From NCBI GenBank assembly GCA_963726195.1, contig CAVSBO010000003.1, forward strand, positions 1 through 64,000: 64,000 nucleotides of DNA, in the 5' to 3' direction. Of this stretch, positions 23,261-34,289 are shown piece by piece. The DNA comes from Candidatus Thorarchaeota archaeon (GTDB lineage Archaea > Asgardarchaeota > Thorarchaeia > Thorarchaeales > Thorarchaeaceae). Under the pieces are notes generated by a model that had not been told where the DNA came from, searched no databases, and saw only the letters and a program-made list of their open reading frames with translations. Position 1 is the first letter of the stretch; every line of letters starts with the position of its first letter. Both the position numbers and the translations under genes were made by a program.

Positions 23261-23909
23261 ATGTCTCTACCCAACCTGACCTACTGGCGAGAAAAGACTC
23301 TCTATGTCAATCCCTCCCATCGATGCACTAATCGCTGCATGTTCTGCATCCGGAACTACGACACGGGGGTCTTCGGTTTCGACCTGAGTCTTGACAAGGA
23401 CCCCACCGCTGAGGAGCTTTCTGATGCAATAAGAAGAACCTGGAGACCGGACTTCGTTGAGGCGGCCATTGTCGGACTGGGCGAACCGTTGTTGAATCTC
23501 GAAGGCACTCTGGCGTCGGTGAGGCAGGTCAAGTCCCTAGCCAGCGTTCCTGTGAGAATCAACACAAACGGGGAGGCCCTGCTCGTATATCCGCGCCGCG
23601 ATGTTCCTCTAGAACTTGCCAAAGCCGGAATGGACCACGTTCAGGTGTCAATCAATGCACCGGACTCGCGTACCTACGTCAAGCTGTGTCGGCCGACTTT
23701 CGGGGAGAAGACATACACATCAATGCTCAAGTTCGCTGAGAGATGTTCTCAAGTACATGAGTGTCGAGCTATCAGTGGTGAGAGTTCCTGGTGTCGACAT
23801 TGAAGCATGCAGGCGCGTCGCTGAGAGAATCGGGGCGGAATTCAAAGTAAGGGAGTATCGTGGTCCCCCTGAGTTGCTTGATGCAATAGCAAGGCTTCTA
23901 GTTGCGTGA
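23261..23909 (+). CDS. Radical SAM protein, TatD-associated type (one frameshift)
   Basis: LYVN..RCTNRCMFCIR, GLGEPL, RINTNG, SINAPD. Confidence 0.85.
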
Positions 23910-23975
23910 TTATTGTCACACTGTTTCAGCAACTATATCAGGCAGACCGAAGGGTGCGAAGGCGGAAGGTGGTCA

Positions 23976-24817
23976 ATGGTGTTCCAAGTCGCGGGTCGTG
24001 TCTACGCAGACACTGATGGCAAGAATGGCGGCAACTTTGGTGCTATCGTGTTGGACGAGCAGATCGTGATAATTGATACTGGTATTGCTCACACGATAAC
24101 ATCGACAGTCCGTGACTCCTTGTCAAAGCAATTCGCTCTTCCTATTTGGAAGGTGGTATTCACGCACAGCCACAGTGACCATGTTTTCGGGGCTCAGGCT
24201 TTCGATGGCGCCAGCATGATAGGTTCATTGAGGATGGCGGAATCCTGTCGTGAAGCTCTGAAGCGCGATTGGAATCTCTCTGAGATTAGGAATTATGCAA
24301 GCCAGACAAAGGATGAACGACCAGAGTTCTGGGCTTCCGTTCAGAATCTGCGGATAAAACACCCGACGTGTTGTTTGAAGATGAGATTGCAATCGGCAGA
24401 GCCGGTGATATCAGGATTAGGCACGTGGGCGGCCACACCGCAGATTCTTCGATCGTCACTGTCGAGCCCGAGCATGTATGCTTCTCTGGCGATTTGCTGT
24501 TCTGTGGCACCTTCCCATTTGCCGGAGATTCAACCGGCAATCCCGATACTTGGATCAAGAATCTTGAAACACTTCGAAAAGCTCACTACAAACAAATCGT
24601 GCCCGGACACGGCTCCATCTGCGGGGATGATGAAATAGCTCGTCATATTGATTTCTTCAAATCACTCAGGACCAACATCAAGAAGGCTCTGAGGCAAGGT
24701 ATCTCAGTGGAACAGTTCATTGAGAAGGGCATGATTCCGAAGTACTATACTGAAGGTGCAGATAGGCGGGCCAAGTCCACAGTCGACGGATGGTACAAGT
24801 TCTACGGAAAGAGCTGA
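23976..24817 (+). CDS. Metallo-beta-lactamase fold hydrolase (one frameshift)
   Basis: THSHSDH, GGHT, FSGD, VPGHG. Confidence 0.9.
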
Positions 24818-24822
24818 GCGAA

Positions 24823-26736
24823 ATGCGCCTGATGGAACCCGCCTCGATTGGCAGTCTTCATCTCCAGAACAGGCTTGTAATGCTTGCAACGCACTTGAGC
24901 TACTGCGAGGACGGAGTTGTTTCTCAGAAGCTCATAGACTTCTATTCTGTTCGAGCTCGCTACAGGCCCGGTCTGATAATTGTGGGTGGGTGTTACATAG
25001 AGCACTTGGGGATGAGCACGCCAACGATGATTGGAATAAGCAAAGACGAACACATCCCCGGACTTGCCAAGCTTGTGTCTGCGGTTCATTCGTCTGGTGT
25101 ACCAGTCGGGGCTCAGCTGTATCATGCTGGACGATACGCTCACTCTCTAGTACTCGGTGAGACCGCGATCTCTGCCTCTGCGGTTCCCTCTAGATTCACA
25201 AAAGAGACTCCTCGAGAGCTATCAATTGATGAAATACGAACTACTGTCGACAACTTCGGTGCTGCAGCTGCTCGTGCCAAAACGGCGGGGTTCGATGCGG
25301 TCGAGATTCTAGGGTCTGCGGGATACCTCATCAATCAGTTTCTTGCTGCGGCGACGAATCTAAGGAGCGACGAATACGGCGGCGACCTCAAGTCACGAGC
25401 AAGGTTTGCTGTCGAGGTTGTCAAAGCTGTTAGGCATAAGACCGGAGCCCGTTTCCCGATTCTGTACAGAATGGGTGGAGACGACTTTGTTCCCGGAGGA
25501 AATACCCTTGTTGAGAATCGTCAACTCGCACCATTGCTGGTCAAGGCAGGCGTCGACTGCTTCAATGTCACCGGGGGCTGGCATGAGACTCGCATTCCGC
25601 AGATTACCATGAACGTGCCCAGAGGTCATTACTCGTATCTTGCAGAAGGCATCGCGGAAGTCGTGCACGTTCCAGTCATTGCATGTAACCGCATCAACAG
25701 TCCGAGTGTTGCAGAGCATATTCTCTCCCGGGGAAAGGTCAGCCTCATCGGGATGTCACGTGCCTTCATTGCGGACCCTGAAATTCCCGAAAAGATCAGA
25801 TCCGGTCGATTTCAAGAGATTCGCCCCTGCATTGCCTGCAATCAAGGTTGTCTGGACAGAGTCTTCATGATTGAACCAGTCACCTGTGCCTTGAATCCGG
25901 AGGCAGGAATGGAGTCAGAACGAGTGATAGGTCCTCCCGGGAAGGGATCAGTGGCGGTGGTCGGAGCTGGACCCGCAGGCATGGAGGCCTCAAGGGTTTT
26001 GTCGCTCAGAGGGTTCGATGTGACGTTGTTCGAACAGAACTCAGAACCGGGTGGACTTCTCAGGCTCGCCGCCAAGATTCCAGGCAGAGGAGAGTTCGCG
26101 GCCTACACATCCTATATGCGGAGGGAGCTCGAAAGACTCGGAGTGGATATGCGTCTCAGAACTCCAGCTACTCTTTCGCTATTGGCAGCGGAATCTTACG
26201 AGGCCGTGATCTGTGCCACTGGCACGGTTCCGTGTTTGCCGCCCATCGACGGTGTGGAGCAACCACACGTCATGACCGCCTATGATGCTATTGAGCTTTC
26301 ACCAACGAGTCTGGGCAGGGCTGTGATAGTCGGCGGTGGAGCAATTGGGTGTTATGCGGCTCTCTTCGTAGCACCACAAGCAGAATCCGTGGAGATTCTG
26401 GAGAGAGGTGATGCAATCGGCACAGATCTCGGCCGTTCTACTCGATGGGTCATCTTGAAGGCTCTAGGCGACAAGGGGGTCCATTTACATCCAAAGGTCG
26501 AGGTTTCTGAGATTATCGGCGATTACGTGCTGACGTTGGAGAACGGACGCAGATCCATGCAATCAGCTGACACAGTAATCATCGCCGCAAAGCCGCTTCC
26601 TCAGAATAGACTGGCTGACCAACTCCGTCAGAATGGAATCAGAGTTGACACGGTCGGTTCGATTCAAGGGACTGACGATTTGCTGGAGTGTGTGCATAGC
26701 TCCTACGTTTTTGCCAACAAGTTCGTAATCTCGTGA
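24823..26736 (+). CDS. fadH: NADH:flavin oxidoreductase / 2,4-dienoyl-CoA reductase (FadH-like)
   Basis: OYE TIM barrel (QLYHAGR, GYLINQFL), CIACNQGC...C Fe-S motif, GAGPAG FAD domain. Confidence 0.88.
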   Translation: MRLMEPASIGSLHLQNRLVMLATHLSYCEDGVVSQKLIDFYSVRARYRPGLIIVGGCYIEHLGMSTPTMIGISKDEHIPGLAKLVSAVHSSGVPVGAQLYHAGRYAHSLVLGETAISASAVPSRFTKETPRELSIDEIRTTVDNFGAAAARAKTAGFDAVEILGSAGYLINQFLAAATNLRSDEYGGDLKSRARFAVEVVKAVRHKTGARFPILYRMGGDDFVPGGNTLVENRQLAPLLVKAGVDCFNVTGGWHETRIPQITMNVPRGHYSYLAEGIAEVVHVPVIACNRINSPSVAEHILSRGKVSLIGMSRAFIADPEIPEKIRSGRFQEIRPCIACNQGCLDRVFMIEPVTCALNPEAGMESERVIGPPGKGSVAVVGAGPAGMEASRVLSLRGFDVTLFEQNSEPGGLLRLAAKIPGRGEFAAYTSYMRRELERLGVDMRLRTPATLSLLAAESYEAVICATGTVPCLPPIDGVEQPHVMTAYDAIELSPTSLGRAVIVGGGAIGCYAALFVAPQAESVEILERGDAIGTDLGRSTRWVILKALGDKGVHLHPKVEVSEIIGDYVLTLENGRRSMQSADTVIIAAKPLPQNRLADQLRQNGIRVDTVGSIQGTDDLLECVHSSYVFANKFVIS

Positions 26737-26765
26737 CAACAATAGAAAGAGGCTCTTCGAAATCA

Positions 26766-27386
26766 TCACGAATGTATTGGGTCGCCGCGTTTGCACGCCA
26801 TCTGCACCGGACAGCTCTTGCAACCTCCTTTCTTACAGTACTCAAGATGCAATCTCACAAGCTGGGACTCAAAGTCTCCGATATCTTCTAGTCCTATCTT
26901 CTGAGCGACCTGAACCGCCAAGTTCGAGGGAGGAGGGTCCGCTTTCTTCCATATGCCTTTGAGTTCGCGGAGGAAGATGTTGACCCCTACAGGACCTACA
27001 CCTTTGAACCCCATGAGCATCTTCTCTAACTCGCGCGGCGAATCTGCTTGCGTGTGGATTTCATCAAGATCACCGTAATGTTCCCTGAGATTTCTCATGA
27101 TGTCAAGCAGATTTGATGCTGTGGAAAAATCATATCTCGTGTAACCACCCGAATCTAGCACTTCCACGAGCTTGTCCCAACCCGCATGCTCTATTGCGTC
27201 AGGTGAAATGAGACCCTCTTCTTGGAACCTGACGAATGTCCTCTTGGAAATCTCGGTCGATATTCTCTTCGCAAACAGAATGGAGGCGAGGAACCATTCG
27301 AACCTAGCTCTAGTATTGGATAGGTCGAGGTCTAGCTCCTGTGAATAGCTCTTCAGCTGCTTGAGTCTTGATGTTATTGTATCCAT
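26766..27386 (-). CDS. HhH-GPD superfamily base-excision DNA repair protein
   Basis: WFLASILF, FKGVGPVG HhH, C-terminal CxxxxCxxCPxxxxC cluster. Confidence 0.8.
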   Translation of the reverse strand: MDTITSRLKQLKSYSQELDLDLSNTRARFEWFLASILFAKRISTEISKRTFVRFQEEGLISPDAIEHAGWDKLVEVLDSGGYTRYDFSTASNLLDIMRNLREHYGDLDEIHTQADSPRELEKMLMGFKGVGPVGVNIFLRELKGIWKKADPPPSNLAVQVAQKIGLEDIGDFESQLVRLHLEYCKKGGCKSCPVQMACKRGDPIHS

Positions 27387-27525
27387 CCCGGCACATCGCA
27401 AGACGAATGGTTCTGAGCCTATTCAATTTGCCGAGCATGAAGCTGGGTATCTGCACTAGACATCAGAGTTATAGGCAGTCGCCAAGACCCGCAAAGTCGA
27501 TTGTCGCAACCAGGGATGGGCTAAG

Positions 27526-28692
27526 ATGTCCATAGATGACAAACCCGACAGCAGCGTTCTCTCTTATCCGACATTCACTGAGCTCAACGCAATGCTGATC
27601 AAGCACTTCCAAGTTCTCGAGAGTGAGCTGCAATACGGTGTACCTTCATTTCTCATTCAGTGGCCAGAGGGCACGAAGCCGTCAAGGCGAGAGCAAGAAG
27701 AGGTATTCGCCGAGCTGGATGACATGTCAGATCGCCTTCACTTGTGGCCAGTAATTCGGTGGGATAACCGCAAGTTGGGCCAGTACGTGGTCAGATTCGT
27801 TCCATCTCAGAAGGCGCGTAAGTCTGACAATAGAATCAACTATGCGCTTTTCGCTGCTACTTTGGGGACAATCGCCATAGGCGGCTTCCTGCAGGCCACC
27901 AGTCCTGTGTTTCTGACGTTATTCTATCCAAGCGGTTGGACATTCATTGACCTTCTCTTTGTCACACTCGTATTCATGGCATCCCTCATGGGCATTATCT
28001 TCTGCCACGAGATGGGCCACTTCATTACGGCAAGGCGGAAAGGCATAGACTCGAGTCCACCGTATTTCATACCGGGTCTTCCACAAATCGGCGGCACTTT
28101 CGGAGCGTTCATCCAACAGAAGAGTCCGCCACGCAGCAGACGCGACCTTTTTGATCTTGGCGTGGCGGGTCCTCTGGCAGGATTTGCAGTCACAATTGTC
28201 GTGCTCATAATCGGTTTCTGGCTGTCTGTGCCCCTCACACCTGCGCAGGAGTCTGCTCTGGAGACGGAGTTTCCAGACGTGACTAGCTCGCTTCCGACTC
28301 CTCTCATATTCTTGCTGCTGGAGTTTGTCTTCCAAGGACGCATTCCGGCAGGTGGCACCTTGTACCTTCATCCAATCGCGTTCGCTGGCTGGGTTGGGTG
28401 CCTGGTCACTTCGCTTAACCTGTTTCCGGTGAGTCAACTCGACGGAGGCCATGCGCTCCGCGCCTTGGTCAGCTCGGAAAAACACAGAATTATCGGATTC
28501 GCAGCGATAATAGTGATGTTCCTCTTGGGATACTTCCTGATGGCAATACTCGTGTTGGTTCTATCTCAAGGAGGCGTGCATCCAGGACCGCTCAATGATA
28601 CTGTGCCAATCTCTGCATCTCGAAAGGCTGCATTTGTGTTGGCCATGATCATACTTGTCTTGGCAATTCCACCCTTGGGATTCAGCTTCTGA
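27526..28692 (+). CDS. Site-2 protease (M50) zinc metalloprotease
   Basis: HEMGH, AGPLAG, NLFPVSQLDGGH. Confidence 0.93.
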   Translation: MSIDDKPDSSVLSYPTFTELNAMLIKHFQVLESELQYGVPSFLIQWPEGTKPSRREQEEVFAELDDMSDRLHLWPVIRWDNRKLGQYVVRFVPSQKARKSDNRINYALFAATLGTIAIGGFLQATSPVFLTLFYPSGWTFIDLLFVTLVFMASLMGIIFCHEMGHFITARRKGIDSSPPYFIPGLPQIGGTFGAFIQQKSPPRSRRDLFDLGVAGPLAGFAVTIVVLIIGFWLSVPLTPAQESALETEFPDVTSSLPTPLIFLLLEFVFQGRIPAGGTLYLHPIAFAGWVGCLVTSLNLFPVSQLDGGHALRALVSSEKHRIIGFAAIIVMFLLGYFLMAILVLVLSQGGVHPGPLNDTVPISASRKAAFVLAMIILVLAIPPLGFSF

Positions 28693-28790
28693 AGATTGAC
28701 CGAGAAAGGACCTTTTGCAAGAACGAGAGACAGTATCGAGAGGCCACGTTAGAGCAACAGGCTCATTGACACTCGCAAAGCATGTGAGTG

Positions 28791-29468
28791 TCAGTCATCG
28801 TCTTCGTCGTCCTCATCCTCTTCTTCTTTCTCTTCTTCCTTTGGTTGTTCCTCTTTCACCGGTTGACGCTTCTTGGCTGGTTCTTCAACGGTCTCCCAGT
28901 CTTCTCCCTCAGGTATTCTCATGACGCCCAGTTCGAGAAGTCTCTCCATGACCTTCTCCGCTGCTTCATCGATTTGAGGTTCAAACTTGGCGCCGGTAAT
29001 CACCAGCTTGCCAGATCCAAAGAGAAGTATCACAACCTTCGGGTCACGCATACGGTAAATCAGGCCGGGGAACTGCTCTGGCTCGTACAGAGTATTCTCA
29101 AGTTTCATCGCGGCAAGTTCTAGGTTCAGTTCCGCACCGAGCGATGCGCTGGCAACTATATTCTGAACGACGATAATGGGTTTTCCTGTTATTTCTATGC
29201 CAGCCTCTTTGATGTTCTTCACAATTTTGTGGACTGCCCTCTTGGCTTCCTTCTCGCTCTTAGCCCCGGTGCATACCATCTTGCCAGAGTTGAAAATCAG
29301 TGTGGCGGTCTTCGGTTTCTTCAGTCTGTATACAAGGCCTGGAAACTGTTCTGGGTCAAACTCAACATTGGGCATGGTGGCCGCAATCTCGTCCAAGTCA
29401 AGGCGCTGGTTCAGAATCACAGAGGCTACAACGTTCTCTATCTTCGTGTGGGGTTTTGGTCGGGGCAT
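28791..29468 (-). CDS. tbp: TATA-box binding protein
   Basis: Two repeats (ENVVAS..PEQFPGL..LIFNSGKMVCTG; QNIVAS..YEPEQFPGL..LLFGSGKLVITG) and an acidic tail. Confidence 0.98.
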   Translation of the reverse strand: MPRPKPHTKIENVVASVILNQRLDLDEIAATMPNVEFDPEQFPGLVYRLKKPKTATLIFNSGKMVCTGAKSEKEAKRAVHKIVKNIKEAGIEITGKPIIVVQNIVASASLGAELNLELAAMKLENTLYEPEQFPGLIYRMRDPKVVILLFGSGKLVITGAKFEPQIDEAAEKVMERLLELGVMRIPEGEDWETVEEPAKKRQPVKEEQPKEEEKEEEDEDDEDDD

Positions 29469-29557
29469 AAACTCGGTCCTGTGCCTTATATAGGTCAAAG
29501 GGTCAGCATATAAGACGTTTTTAAAGCTGATGAAAAGTGAGGGCGGCTCCTGTGGGA

Positions 29558-30397
29558 CTAAATATGAGAGTCCAACCATTCCAACAAGTCATCGAGGACT
29601 TGTCCTCTCTTTGTCTCCACTTCATTGTACACTTCGTGTTTCAACCCTTCGTACAGCTTGTACGTTTTGTCTCTGCAATGCGCGAGACTGACGAATAGCT
29701 CCTCCGCACCCAGCACCACAGTGTCGTCTCCGCCTTTCTGAATTAGAATGGGAAGAGTGAGCTTGTTCGCTGCTTTTGCCATGCCAGCCGACAGCTTTCT
29801 CATCGCTTCCAACAAGCCAAGACTCATCTTGCCAGCAAATACGAGCGGATCCTCCTCGAATGCTTTGACTACCGTCGGATCGTTTGAGAGGCGATCTGCC
29901 GGAAAGGAGGCAGTGACCATCCTCTTGGGTCTTGCTTTGCTGAGACCGGCTACGAGAACGGATCTACCCGTTGTCAGGTCAGAGTAGTTCATTCCGGCTC
30001 CCGACAGTATCAGGCCGTCAAGTGTCGCTTGGTGGACGCTTGCGTAATGTGTCGCTATCATTGCGCCCAAGGAATGTCCTAGCATGAATATCGGTATGTC
30101 AGCTCCCTCTTTCTCACGTATTAGGTCGTTCATCTTAAGCTGATCCTCGATGAAGTCATTGTACGAATCAACATGCCCTCTTTCCCCGTCACTCTTGCCG
30201 TGTCCGTAGAGATCCATCACGTAGACTGCATAGCCAGCTGGAACCAGCTTATCGAGCACGTTCTGGTAGCGGCCACTATGCTCAGCGTATCCGTGTACAA
30301 TCTGAACCACGGCCTTGCGACTCTCAACTGGCAAGCATGCTAGGTAATGGAGCGTGCGACCTACCTCAATAGAGATGCTTCCTTCCTGATAGTTCAT
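29558..30397 (-). CDS. Alpha/beta hydrolase (lysophospholipase/monoacylglycerol lipase-like)
   Basis: HGYAEHSGRY, GHGKS, GHSLG, HEVYNE. Confidence 0.92.
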   Translation of the reverse strand: MNYQEGSISIEVGRTLHYLACLPVESRKAVVQIVHGYAEHSGRYQNVLDKLVPAGYAVYVMDLYGHGKSDGERGHVDSYNDFIEDQLKMNDLIREKEGADIPIFMLGHSLGAMIATHYASVHQATLDGLILSGAGMNYSDLTTGRSVLVAGLSKARPKRMVTASFPADRLSNDPTVVKAFEEDPLVFAGKMSLGLLEAMRKLSAGMAKAANKLTLPILIQKGGDDTVVLGAEELFVSLAHCRDKTYKLYEGLKHEVYNEVETKRGQVLDDLLEWLDSHI

Positions 30398-30627
30398 ACA
30401 TCAAACAATCCTAACGTTCATGTGCACGGTGGGCGCTCGAATAATGGGAAAAACTCTGCCATATGTAGGCTTCGACTGGCTGGCGAGCTTGTCAGAGTGT
30501 TCCGGCAGTACATTGCTCACATTCGGCGTCTGCTAGGAAATGCTTTTATGCCCGCCGAAGGTTCGCCGCCGGCAAGCCACGAAGTTGGCGAAGGTTCAGT
30601 CGAATCGCAGCGCTTAGAGAGTGACAC

Positions 30628-32526
30628 TTGATGAGGGATTTCAAAAAGGCGATTGCATTCATCTTCGTTCTTATTGTCTTCGCGAACTGTACGTTCCCGA
30701 TTCGGGTCGAGAACGGAACTCAGTCAGGAGCAGTTCTCTTCAAGGCACCTTTGACAACTGCTGCGACGAATCTTGTTGTTACTAACAAGACCATTAACGT
30801 CAATCAGTCATTCAATGATGACGATTTCCTCTTCTATGTGAAGAATAATACTCTACCTATCGCCGGAGCACTTGTGAGCTTGTACTACTCGGGCAACCTC
30901 AGTTTGTACTCTAACAAGACAACCGTGGGTGATGGCTCGGTACTTTTCTACAATGTACCCCAGTCCACATACAGATGGAATGTCACTCTGCCACTGTATC
31001 CGAGCGTGTTCAAGACAGGAATAATGGTGTCTAATGGTCCCGAGGCTTACGCCACAGTGAAGATCGGCAATCTTGACTGGCGCAACGACGACGATGACCT
31101 CAATGCAAGCGTTATTGACGTTGAAGGCAAGCCGGCAAAAGGACTGAACTTCTCAATACTCTTCAGGGACAACGTCAGTGTATGGAGTCAAGTCGTGCTC
31201 GGAACGAATGGTAGCGCCTATTTCTCTGAGATACCCAAAGGCAACTACACTTGGAAAGTTACAGTGATGTCTGGGACATATGCAGGAGACGTTCTACAAC
31301 AGGGCAACTTCACATCGGACGGCACTGCGGTTCTTGTCCACCAGATTGTTGCACCCCTTTTCGCAGGTGCCCGTTACTATGGCCTCGAGGTCTTCACCTA
31401 TTATGAAACGAGCATAACCCCGATGGCTGGCGCACTTGTGAACGTGACATACAAGAATGGCACCGTGATTGGCTACAAGTACACCCCGGCGAATGGAACA
31501 GTAAGGTTCCTCGAGTTGCCAGTTGCGTTCATCAATTGGACGGTTACACTGGGCGGCAAATCACTGGGGAACTACTGGTACAATCTGACAACAGCGTCGA
31601 CAGACATACGCGCGCCCGTAATCACCAACCCGGGCGACAAGGAGTTCCTCTACGGAACGAAGAACATAACGATTACTTGGACAGTGACCGATGAAAACCC
31701 ACAGAAGCTCAGGGTTTACGTGAACAGTATCCTCAACAAGACGATGAATTGGACTGCCAGTCCGTTCGATTATGTGTTCAATATCACAGGTTATGGCCTT
31801 GGCCGATACTCAGTGCAGCTAGTGGCTGATGACAAGAACAGCAACGAGGCAAAGAACACCATCAATCTGAGAATCTACGAGAATGTGACACCGGTCATCG
31901 TGGGCCCGAGTGATATTGAGTACTACTTCAATCAGACAGGGCACAGCATTCGATGGAACATCACCGAGGCTCACATGGACAAGTACGTGGTTTCAAGAAA
32001 TGGCACAGCTGTAGCGAACGGTTCTCTCAGCGCCGAGAAACCTTTCGTGGGCGTGAGTGTCGATGGGTTGAGCATTGGTACCTACGTTTACACATGCTGG
32101 GTCAACGACACAAGCGGCAACTCTGCAACCGACAATGTAACTGTTCATGTGAAAAGGTACGACATACCTCCGCAGTTCGTCGTGACTCCGTCAACAATCT
32201 ACTACTCTCTCGGTGACACGAACATGGTGCGAAACTGGACAGTAAGGGACCAGTTCAAGCTGAGCTACAACATAACCGTTGACGGTCTTCTCGTTGTGTC
32301 AGAGAAGTGGAATTCTGAGGTCATTAGATTTGACTTCTCAGGTCTCTCTCAGGGGCAGCATTCAGTGGTTCTCATAGTCCTAGACCTTGGAGGAAACACT
32401 GCGTCTTCACAAGTCCTTGTCATCGTATCATCTCCAATGATTGTAAATGCGATGATAGTGGGTGGCTTGGCTGCCGTAGGAATTATGGCCGTAGCATTCG
32501 TAGTTTGGTTTGTAAAGTACAGGTAG
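30628..32526 (+). CDS. Secreted, C-terminally TM-anchored Ig-like repeat glycoprotein
   Basis: Signal peptide, many N-x-S/T sequons, repeated D..P.I..P.D..Y..G...I.W units, C-terminal TM ending KYR. Confidence 0.8.
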   Translation: MMRDFKKAIAFIFVLIVFANCTFPIRVENGTQSGAVLFKAPLTTAATNLVVTNKTINVNQSFNDDDFLFYVKNNTLPIAGALVSLYYSGNLSLYSNKTTVGDGSVLFYNVPQSTYRWNVTLPLYPSVFKTGIMVSNGPEAYATVKIGNLDWRNDDDDLNASVIDVEGKPAKGLNFSILFRDNVSVWSQVVLGTNGSAYFSEIPKGNYTWKVTVMSGTYAGDVLQQGNFTSDGTAVLVHQIVAPLFAGARYYGLEVFTYYETSITPMAGALVNVTYKNGTVIGYKYTPANGTVRFLELPVAFINWTVTLGGKSLGNYWYNLTTASTDIRAPVITNPGDKEFLYGTKNITITWTVTDENPQKLRVYVNSILNKTMNWTASPFDYVFNITGYGLGRYSVQLVADDKNSNEAKNTINLRIYENVTPVIVGPSDIEYYFNQTGHSIRWNITEAHMDKYVVSRNGTAVANGSLSAEKPFVGVSVDGLSIGTYVYTCWVNDTSGNSATDNVTVHVKRYDIPPQFVVTPSTIYYSLGDTNMVRNWTVRDQFKLSYNITVDGLLVVSEKWNSEVIRFDFSGLSQGQHSVVLIVLDLGGNTASSQVLVIVSSPMIVNAMIVGGLAAVGIMAVAFVVWFVKYR

Positions 32527-32609
32527 TCTCGTAGGCGTCTTGGGTCGTCATCCTTTTATCGACTGTAGGTTGCACACCACGAACCGACTACTAGTTAGAC
32601 ATTTACTCG

Positions 32610-33915
32610 GTGAGCTCAATGAAGTACCTGCATGTCAAAGATGTGCTTGATGGAAAATGCGACGGAAAGAGAGTCGCCCTTCGGGGTTGGGTCCACAGGA
32701 TCAGAAAGCAGAAAACCATGGTCTTTGTTCTTCTCCGTGACCATTCGGGCGTCGTTCAGACTGTGGTTAAGCAGGGCTCTGTCAGCGACCAAACATATGC
32801 AGATGCAGACAGAATGCTCGTCGAGTCGCTCGTTACTTTGGAGGGAGTTGCAAAGACTGACCGGAGGGCCGAGGGCGGTTATGAAGTACAGGTTGACAAG
32901 CTACAGGTGCTTCAGTTTGCGGAAGAGTTTCCAATCACCGAGGACCAAAGCGTGGAGTTTCTGAACGACTACAGACACCTCTGGCTAAGGTCGAGGAAGA
33001 TAACCAACATCCTGAAGGTGAGGGACCAAGTCTTCTTCGCCTCAAGAGAGTATCTCCGCAAGAACGGATTCTACGAGACGACTTCCCCGATGTTCGTGGC
33101 CACGATGGGCGAGGAAGGAGCAGACCTCTTCGAGGTCGACTACTTCGGGAGGAAAGCCTACCTCACGCAAACTTCCCAAATGCATCTCGAACCTCAGATA
33201 GTTGGCCTTGAGAGGGTATTCACCCTGGCCCCTTCCTTCAGAGCTGAAAAGTCGCGAACGAGGAAGCACTTGACAGAATACTGGCATCTTGAGGTTGAGG
33301 AAGCTTGGTGCGACCACGAAGCCAACCTGAAGAGACAGGAGGAGCTGAATCAGCTACATCTGCCAATCAGTAGCACAGAACCGAAGTGGGGAAGTGCGAG
33401 AGCTTGGGGTGGACCCAAAAAGGCTTCTAGACGTGAAGCCGCCGTTCGATAGAATCACGTACACTGAGGCGATTGAGATTTGTACGAAGGCGGGCCTTGA
33501 CATAAAGTGGGGCGAAGATATCCGAACCGAAGCAGAGGACATACTAACAAAGGACAGCGACAAGTTCCTCTTTGTCCAGTTCTATCCAAAGGAGATCAAG
33601 TCCTTCTACATGAAGCACAATGACGCCGACCCGCGAACATACAAGAACGATGACCTTCTCGCTCCAAGAGGTTTCGGCGAAATCATAGGTGGCAGCCAAC
33701 GCGAGGACGAAGAATCACGAATCATTGAGAACCTGACGCGGATCGGGGACGATCCGGCGAAGTATCAATGGTACATTGAACTAAGGAAGTACGGGAGTGT
33801 CGAGCACTCCGGTTTTGGCGTGGGCATTGACAGACTAATCACTTGGATGCTCAACTTGGAGCATATTCGAGAGTGTGTGCCTTTCCCACGCGACGTAAGA
33901 AGACTGTATCCGTGA
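32610..33915 (+). CDS. asnS: Asparagine--tRNA ligase (one frameshift)
   Basis: OB fold GWVHRIR, RHLWLRS, FRAEKSRTRKHLTEYW, EIIGGSQRE, WYIELRKYGSVEHSGFG. Confidence 0.93.
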
Positions 33916-33957
33916 GCTCAGTGGCAAGATGTTGCAAAGTGATCTTCAGAAAGTTGT

Positions 33958-34185
33958 CTATTCAAGGTCACGTTTCATCCTGATTAGCTCACGCTGATGA
34001 ACTCGCACCATATAGACCGAGAACGCCAAACCCACAAGCCCGGCAGCTACTCCGACGAGCCACAGGTCGCTTGCTAAGGGGTGATGCAGCCATTTCGTGA
34101 GTAGGTATACATTTAGACTAAAGAAGAAAACCCCGAAGGTCACAATGACTGAATAGAACGACCAAGGCATCTTCACTTTGCTCAA
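33958..34185 (-). CDS. Small two-TM membrane protein
   Basis: Two hydrophobic helices and a charged tail. Confidence 0.7.
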   Translation of the reverse strand: MSKVKMPWSFYSVIVTFGVFFFSLNVYLLTKWLHHPLASDLWLVGVAAGLVGLAFSVYMVRVHQRELIRMKRDLE

Positions 34186-34289
34186 TCACTGCACCAAGAT
34201 TAATCGCAACGGTTTAACATAAAGAGTTTTGCCGATGTTGCTAGATGACTTCTGGGTGCATTATCGTATCACATCGTAATTGGCTCTCA

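Noticed and set aside
28791-28870. Acidic low-complexity tail of TBP
   Set aside because: Common in archaeal TBPs.
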